From a virus (taxonomy: Duplodnaviria; Caudoviricetes), in IMG/VR virus record IMGVR_UViG_3300021339_000007, positions 16 to 64,015 of that record: a stretch of DNA of 64,000 nucleotides. One strand, given 5' to 3'. Position 1 is the stretch's first letter. Each line of letters starts with the position of its first letter. This document shows, in pieces, positions 57,862 through 64,000 of this stretch. The notes below the pieces were generated by a model. That model saw nothing but the letters and a program-made list of their open reading frames with translations. It was not told the origin of the DNA and did no database searches. The translations under genes and the position numbers were made by a program.

Positions 57862-59215
57862 ACGGTATCCTCGGATCTTCGTAGCGGGTCGTGATCTCCT
57901 CGAAGCGGGTGCAGGCGCCGCGCCAGGCGAGCTTGGCGGTCCCGGTCGGGCCGTTGCGCTGCTTCGCGATGATCCACTCGGCGGGTTCGGTCTCGGCGTA
58001 CGGATCCCGATCATCCTCGCGTTTGTAGTAGTCCGGGCGGAACACGAACGTCACAACGTCTGCGTCGGCTTCGATCGATCCGGATTCGCGCAGGTCCGAC
58101 ATGATGGGCCGCTTGTCCGGACGTTGTTCCACGGCGCGGGAGAGCTGAGCGAGCGCGATGACCGGCACATTCAAATCACGCGCCAGCGCTTTCAGGCCGC
58201 GCGAGACCTCGCCGACTTCCGTGGTGCGGTTCATGCGGCCACCGGAGCCCGAGATAAGCTGCAAGTAGTCCACACAGACCAGCGAGAGAGCACGGCGATC
58301 GTGGAGACGCCGGGCCTTGGCGCGCATCTCCTGGATGGTCAGCGCGGGTGTGTCGTCGATCGTAAGCGGCGCCTCACGCATTTCGAGGATCGTGTCGCCG
58401 ATGCGCTGCCATTCGCCGGTACCGAGGTAACCGGTGCGGATGCGGCCGAAGTCGACGCGCGATTCCGAAGCGATGAGCCGGTCCGCGAGCTGACCGGCCG
58501 ACATCTCGAGCGAGAAGATCAGCGCCGGGCCATGCCGGCCGGCATGATGGAGCGCGATCTGCAACATACCGCTGGTCTTGCCTTGCCCAGGTCGGCCGGC
58601 CAGAACAGTGAGCTCGCCTGAGTGCAGGCCCTGGGTGTAGTAGTCGTAGTCGCTGAAAGGAGTGCCGCGACCAGCCGGGCCCTTGCGTTCGTAGCGGCTC
58701 TCCAGCGCCTCAAGCTGTTCTTCCAGGATTTCGCGCAGGGTGCGAGATCGGTCGTCGGTGCGGACGGCTCCGATCTCGCGCAGAAGCGTCTCGGCCTGAT
58801 CGATAATCTCGGAGGCGGTGCGCTCGCCAGGCGAATACGCGACGTCCGAGAGCTCTGCGGAGAAGCGGACCATCTCGCGCAGCAGATGCCGTTCGCGGAC
58901 GATCCCGGCGTAGTACGCAATATTGGCGGAGCTGCTGGGCTCGCTGGTGAGATTGAACAGATAGACCGGCCCGCCGACCAGGCTGAGTTGGTCTCGCCGG
59001 CTCAGGACCTCTTCGACGGTTAGCAAATCGACCGGCTCATTGCGTCCGTGCAGATCCAGGATCGCTTCGTAGATGCGGCGGTGCGCTTCGCGATAGAAGG
59101 CCTCCGGGCCGACGATCTCCGAGGCGATATCGATCGTGTGCGGATCCAGCAGCAGGCTGCCGAGTGTCGCGGTTTCGGCTTCGATGGAGTTGGGCGGGAT
59201 GCGGTCCTGTATCAT
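57851..59215 (-). CDS. dnaB: Replicative DNA helicase
   Basis: PPNSIEAE, AGRPGQGKT, SLEM, VDYLQL, LAQLSR, DLRESGSIEADAD, KQRNG. Confidence 0.97.
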   Translation of the reverse strand: MIQDRIPPNSIEAETATLGSLLLDPHTIDIASEIVGPEAFYREAHRRIYEAILDLHGRNEPVDLLTVEEVLSRRDQLSLVGGPVYLFNLTSEPSSSANIAYYAGIVRERHLLREMVRFSAELSDVAYSPGERTASEIIDQAETLLREIGAVRTDDRSRTLREILEEQLEALESRYERKGPAGRGTPFSDYDYYTQGLHSGELTVLAGRPGQGKTSGMLQIALHHAGRHGPALIFSLEMSAGQLADRLIASESRVDFGRIRTGYLGTGEWQRIGDTILEMREAPLTIDDTPALTIQEMRAKARRLHDRRALSLVCVDYLQLISGSGGRMNRTTEVGEVSRGLKALARDLNVPVIALAQLSRAVEQRPDKRPIMSDLRESGSIEADADVVTFVFRPDYYKREDDRDPYAETEPAEWIIAKQRNGPTGTAKLAWRGACTRFEEITTRYEDPRIPYAD

Positions 59216-59784
59216 CTCGGTTCACCTGGCGCCTCGTTTCGCCCGATGGCCGCTGGAGCGCGGCCGGACAGGGCCGGTAGGGTCCGACGAGCCGCTTCGA
59301 TCTTCAGCGCTTCGACGACGGCTTCGGCTTCCTGCTCGGCATGGCGCCAGAAGATATCCGGCGTATTGCCGGGCTCGGAGCAGCAGAAGGCGGCCCATCC
59401 GCCGCGCTGATCCACGAAGCGGCGTGCGGCTTCCGAAAGGTCCGGAGGCGGGCCGGCATCGAAGCATCCGGGTCGGCCCGCGACCGGCACGGCATTCGGG
59501 CCGTACTTCACGGCCGCGGCTCGCAGTTCGCGGAGGACGGAGGCGCCGTTGGGCGAAACTATGCCCAGCAGCAACTGGATCTGGGCGTGAAGGGCGCCGA
59601 TGGTTGGTCGGAATTCGCCCGACTCAGACGCGACGACCCATTCAAACAATCGTGAAGTGAGCTCGCCCGGCACGTCCATAAGCAACTGCGTCAGCAGCTC
59701 CACAAATTGCCGGTCGTTCAGATTGTCCTGTGTCGGCTTGGTCTTCAGGCCGACCTCGATGTACGCGATTTGCTTGCCGTTCAC
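59212..59784 (-). CDS. Putative helicase loader/inhibitor
   Basis: Between initiator and dnaB; FRPTIG..GGW motifs. Confidence 0.5.
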   Translation of the reverse strand: MNGKQIAYIEVGLKTKPTQDNLNDRQFVELLTQLLMDVPGELTSRLFEWVVASESGEFRPTIGALHAQIQLLLGIVSPNGASVLRELRAAAVKYGPNAVPVAGRPGCFDAGPPPDLSEAARRFVDQRGGWAAFCCSEPGNTPDIFWRHAEQEAEAVVEALKIEAARRTLPALSGRAPAAIGRNEAPGEPR

Positions 59785-60644
59785 GTTGCCTCTCCGTGGG
59801 CGCCGTTGCGCTGCGCCTTGATCTTCTCGATGATGGCGTCGGCATCTGCGGCCGTCGCCTCAATGCGGTCATCGAGAGTTTCGGGACTGCCGCGAACCGT
59901 GCAGCCCGCGATCCATCGCCGCGCAGCGGCTTGCCAGTCCCGCATCGGGTTTTTGCCGACGCGCCAGCCGTTCGACTGGTAGTAGTCCCAGCTGACCTTC
60001 GCCTCTTTGCCGGTGGAACCGTTGGCTTTGAAGAACTCTGCGAACTCACGCTCAGTCGGCCGGACGAAGCGTTTCGAGATGGGAGGATCCATTTCGGGAT
60101 CGGGCGTCGGCGCGTCAGCGCTGCACTCACTCTCTTCCGGAGTCTCCACTGAAGGTGTAGGTGAAACAGAGGGAGTAACAGAAGGTGAAGGTGAAAGAGA
60201 AGGAGAAGCGCTGTTTTCTGCTGTTCCTTGCTGTTCCTTGCTGTTTTCTGGCAAAAGCGTCTCAGAATAGGCGCGATATTGCTGATTGGCAGGAAATCTT
60301 GACCCTGTATCAGCAAATCTTTTGCTGATATTGATGTAGCTTTGCCGCTTGAACCATGTCTGAGGCGGGAACGCGATGTACTGTCGGCCGTCGACTTCGT
60401 ACCGATCCCAAAGTCCCAGTTCCGCAATGCGTGATAGGACCGCATCGACGTCCGCAATGGTTTCGTCGAACCCCGGGCAGACCAGCATTCGGAACTCGCG
60501 CGGGTTGCCCGGCAGCCGTCCCCAGTCATCCGCTTGTGGGATTGCCATGAGGTAGATCGCGACGGCGTTATGGCCGAAAGCCGAAAGGTCGGCGATTCGT
60601 GCGTCCTGGCTGATATCGGTTGAGATTTCGCGTTTACGGCTCAA
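59781..60644 (-). CDS. Phage replication initiator
   Basis: ADDWGRL N-domain; PSPS linker; YY.SNGW..G..M.DWQAAARRW C-domain. Confidence 0.8.
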   Translation of the reverse strand: MSRKREISTDISQDARIADLSAFGHNAVAIYLMAIPQADDWGRLPGNPREFRMLVCPGFDETIADVDAVLSRIAELGLWDRYEVDGRQYIAFPPQTWFKRQSYINISKRFADTGSRFPANQQYRAYSETLLPENSKEQQGTAENSASPSLSPSPSVTPSVSPTPSVETPEESECSADAPTPDPEMDPPISKRFVRPTEREFAEFFKANGSTGKEAKVSWDYYQSNGWRVGKNPMRDWQAAARRWIAGCTVRGSPETLDDRIEATAADADAIIEKIKAQRNGAHGEAT

Positions 60645-60704
60645 GGAATGCGATCTCCAGAATCTGAATGGTTGTGACTGAGCACACAGGTACCTGCGGC
60701 ACCC

Positions 60705-60944
60705 TTACTGCAGGTCGAAGTCGAACGATCCAACGCCCGCGTGCATGCGCCGGTGCAGCTCATCGCGAATGACCTTGCCGAACTCCTCCGGCGCGTCTGT
60801 GATCTCACGGAGCGCCCAGCGCAGATAGTCGTCCGGCACGTCCTCAAGCGCTTCGCCTTTGTGCTTGCCGAAGATCACAAATGTCTTGCCACAGGTGATT
60901 TCGAGGTACATGCCGATCTGTTGGCGCAGGACGCTACTGCTCAT
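60705..60944 (-). CDS. DUF3820 / ExoX C-terminal-like protein
   Basis: FGKHKGEALEDVPDDYLRW. Confidence 0.75.
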   Translation of the reverse strand: MSSSVLRQQIGMYLEITCGKTFVIFGKHKGEALEDVPDDYLRWALREITDAPEEFGKVIRDELHRRMHAGVGSFDFDLQ

Positions 60945-61558
60945 AACTGGTCGATCTTTCGGAACTCGATGATCCAGACCCACGGATTGAGCGCCCACGA
61001 GCCGGGACCGTGGATGGTTTCCCACAATTTTTCGTATGCTTCTCGCGCCCCGATACAGCCTCGCGCATTGCAGCCATTGGGGCCGTCAAGACAACCGGGG
61101 CCGTAACAATGAAGGTCGCTTATGCCCTCAGCACGGGCGTCGGCTCCGATAATCTCGTTCAGCCGTTCCACACGGACCAAGCAGACATCAAGCGTAATGC
61201 GGGACGCCCAACGCGGCATGAAGAGAGAGGGACGCCACTTCTCAACCGCCACATCGGGTTCGTCAGCGCGTGTGTAAATTGCGTAACCTTTCGGAACTTC
61301 AGAAGGCTTAACGTGATCCCACGACGGGCGGGTGGCCCAAGTCTCGCGCACCCACAAGCGATCTCCGGGGACGCCGTACGGACATCTGCGACGGGACGCC
61401 ATTGTCGCCCATTGCCACGTCCCATCAACAATCACAGGATTGATTTCGCTGTCCGGGTCAGGCTTCACGATCCTGCGTGTCTGCGTCTTCTTGCCCGCAA
61501 GCAGAGCCTTCACCATCGGGGCCGAAAACAAGATTGGTCGCTCTTTGACTTCGCTCAT
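60941..61558 (-). CDS. ASCH/PUA-like phage protein
   Basis: PILFSAPMVKALLAGKKTQTRR, GDRLWVRET, WRPSLFMPR, NPWVW. Confidence 0.8.
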   Translation of the reverse strand: MSEVKERPILFSAPMVKALLAGKKTQTRRIVKPDPDSEINPVIVDGTWQWATMASRRRCPYGVPGDRLWVRETWATRPSWDHVKPSEVPKGYAIYTRADEPDVAVEKWRPSLFMPRWASRITLDVCLVRVERLNEIIGADARAEGISDLHCYGPGCLDGPNGCNARGCIGAREAYEKLWETIHGPGSWALNPWVWIIEFRKIDQL

Positions 61559-62330
61559 TGGTGGCTCTCTCCGGGTTGGGATGGGTCGGACGGATCTGAT
61601 GGGTTGGCGGCGGGTGGCGCCGGCAGGCGAATGTAGCGGGCCTGGACCCATGCGGCGCGCTCGGTGCTGTCCAGCGGGCTGAGCTTGCCGCTGACATAGC
61701 ATTCGCGGGCGGCGTTGGACTTGCCCTCGAAGACGATTTTGCGAACCTTCATCGGATGCCAGCGATCGTGCTTCGAGGGCGTGTGGCCGCGTGCGAAGAT
61801 GCGGACCTCTACGGTGTCGCCGATGTTGACTACCAGTGCGCTCATTCTGCCAACCTCCGTGTTCCATCGGGCTCGGTGGTGTATGCGAATATCACGACAC
61901 TGGAGCGGACGGACCAGCCTTCGGCTTCCCATTCCACCATCTCGGCTTCCTGGGATTCCAGGGAGAAGTGCGAGGACAACCGCGTTTCTTCTCGTCCGTC
62001 CGCGGCGAGGCGGAAGGCGATCGTTCCGTAGACCGAGCGGAACACGACGTGTGGGCGCTGATCGTTATTGGGCACTATCAAACTCCTGTCAATTCAAGGG
62101 ATCGTCTCGCGCTGTTGGTTTACTTCTCTCCCAGCACTTTGCCGCGGTCGGCGGCGCGTTCGTCTATCATGCGGAGATTGTAGGATGCCTGCTTTGCGCC
62201 ATCTGACGAGTGATCGAGCGCCCAGCAGAGGGTATCCCGCATCATGGTAAGCAGGCGTTTTTCATTCTTAGGCACTGGCCCCAGCTCTCCACGGAGAGTG
62301 CAGTTGATCTTGTCGTGTGCGACGACGATC

Positions 62331-62735
62331 TCAGCTTTTGTTTTCAAGTGGTTTCTCTCTTGTCTGTGCTGACTGACGAATGTGCTCCACTACCCCGTCT
62401 GAATCCGGTGTGCCCCATTTCCTGTGTTTGATCTCCCCTGCCTTTACATTGGCGAGGTCGAGCATGGAGATGCCACGTTTGTGGCAGAGATGCAGAAGCA
62501 GCAACACGCAGTCTGCGATCTCCATGTTTGTGCGGTGAAGGTCGCCGGATAGCGAGGCATCGGCGAACATAAGAGGCTTTGTCTTCTCGTGCGCCAGTGC
62601 TTTCTCCATTTCGGCAATGCCAACAAGCTCTATGGCCTCCCGTGCGAAATGCTGGCGGATGGATTGCTCGGTGCTTGCTGGGAACGTGTCATCGGCCCAT
62701 CGGCCGAACTCGTTCTGGAACTGATCGATGCTCAT
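62331..62735 (-). CDS. DUF550-like dNTP pyrophosphohydrolase
   Basis: WADDTFP..H..EA.E..EIAD..RKW..GVVEHIR. Confidence 0.75.
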   Translation of the reverse strand: MSIDQFQNEFGRWADDTFPASTEQSIRQHFAREAIELVGIAEMEKALAHEKTKPLMFADASLSGDLHRTNMEIADCVLLLLHLCHKRGISMLDLANVKAGEIKHRKWGTPDSDGVVEHIRQSAQTREKPLENKS

Positions 62736-63206
62736 TCGGGCTCCTTCTCCACCGTTCCCAGTTTCTCACCCATGCCGGCTTTGAACGCGTCGAACTCTGC
62801 GCGGGTCATGGTGGGCCATTGCTGCCAGTCAGCGGTGAGGGCGCGGAGTTGTGTCGCCTTAACCGGGCCGGGAACCTCTTTGCGAATCGCGCGCTGAAAG
62901 CCGCCGTCATCGAATTTCCAGAGCAGTACTAACGTGTGAGTGGAGTTGTCCGGGTTGATCTTGACGAGGAGGTTCGGGTTCGGGTTCAACATTGCTGATT
63001 GTCCTTGAACCCATAAACTCTGGCGACGATCGGCCTGCGGACTTCATCGATGCGGTTGAAGCCGGGGCAAGGTTCTTCCAGTGGAGCCGTGCATTTGTCG
63101 GCCATCTCTGGGAACGTACAACGGCAGCGGCCGCAGATGATTGAGTTGCCCAGGACGGCTTCGACCTCGTTGCAAATCTGGCTTTGCCGAAGGTCTCGTT
63201 TACGGC

Positions 63207-63818
63207 TCATGGCTGCTTTTTCCCCCAATGGGCACGCGCCCAAATCCTTTTGCATTCTCTGCACTCCCTAATAATTCCGGATTTGAATCTCCGAACTTGA
63301 GTGTTGAGAGCGTTGAACTCGTGCCCGCGCTTGCAGTGCGTTTTGTTACGGTTGATGTATGCAGGACTCGAAGGAGTGACCGCTGAGTGCTCTAGAGCCG
63401 TGAGGTTTTGAAGATGGTTCGGATTCACACATCTCTTGTTTTCGCAAGTGTGATGCAGGTCACTCTTTGTCTTTTTGTGCCCCGCGACCACCTCGTAGGC
63501 GTAAACATGAGCTTTGATGCATTTGCCGTTGACCCACATCTCACCATAAGGTTTATCAGGCGAGTTCAAAGGCCAAATCCAGCACCCGTTTTCCTGCTTG
63601 ATGACTACGGACAGAAACAGTTCCGGCGTCCATTTAAGCAGCTTCCTGAGGCCCAAGATGCCGCATCTGGATTTAATAGCACCGGGAGTGCGGGCGATTA
63701 ATTCGCTGAGCTGTTGGATTGTGTGATTGGGATGAAGGAGACGAAGAAGGGCATCTTCTTCAGGAGTCCACGGAGTACGACCGGCAGTAACGCCGGTAAA
63801 TGGGGGTACACTAGCCAT
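63207..63818 (-). CDS. HNH homing endonuclease with N-terminal Myb-like repeat
   Basis: WTPEED; GCWIW, AHV.AYE, HHTCENKRCVNPNHL, THCKRGH. Confidence 0.88.
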   Translation of the reverse strand: MASVPPFTGVTAGRTPWTPEEDALLRLLHPNHTIQQLSELIARTPGAIKSRCGILGLRKLLKWTPELFLSVVIKQENGCWIWPLNSPDKPYGEMWVNGKCIKAHVYAYEVVAGHKKTKSDLHHTCENKRCVNPNHLQNLTALEHSAVTPSSPAYINRNKTHCKRGHEFNALNTQVRRFKSGIIRECRECKRIWARAHWGKKQP

Positions 63819-63877
63819 GATGATCACCTTTCGGAAGAAGGTTGATTGTCCACGCGGAGGGGTCGCCAAACCGCCTC

Positions 63878-63988
63878 CGCACACCCCTAAATTATACCCG
63901 GAAATGCTCGTCATTCGTACACCTTTTGATCTCAAAATCACTCTACTGACAATCTAGCTATCTCACGGTCAATCAGTTCGATGTCATG
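63878..63988. repeat. Direct terminal repeat, right copy
   Basis: Identical to 1-111, then 12 non-matching bases. Confidence 0.95.
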
Positions 63989-64000
63989 TGCTACTTCCTC

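Noticed and set aside
57425-58621. 398-aa plus-strand ORF
   Set aside because: It is an antisense shadow of dnaB, typical of GC-rich DNA. The same applies to most long opposite-strand ORFs in the track.
1-64000. Diversity-generating retroelement, retron, Z-genome or stop-codon recoding
   Set aside because: No reverse transcriptase or PurZ motifs were recognised, and genes are intact in the standard code using all three stop codons.

Overview
The window is essentially one complete, circular, temperate tailed-phage genome of about 63,877 bp. Positions 1-111 recur exactly at 63878-63988. It encodes a large serine integrase, CI/Cro-like switches, replication genes (initiator, DnaB), a C5 methyltransferase, an ECF sigma factor, an initiator-type tRNA-Met, an HK97-type head, a siphovirus-like tail with a -1 frameshifted chaperone, and lysis genes. 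The main discovery is a ~2.7 kb cassette (30.5-33.3 kb) between the tail chaperone and tape-measure genes. It encodes a lone ~200-aa Cas7/RAMP-like protein, an HNH nuclease, and two ~100-nt non-coding arrays of 5-nt units (GGY/GNY + variable NN) that share 5' (GGGCTAG) and 3' (GACAAGGGTTTGAAAG) ends. Read as codon positions 1-2 with every third base skipped, the NN strings spell diverged versions of this phage's own tail-tube and tape-measure segments. This suggests an RNA-guided, wobble-skipping DNA-targeting system aimed at related phages. All protein calls come from motif recognition by eye; no database search was run.
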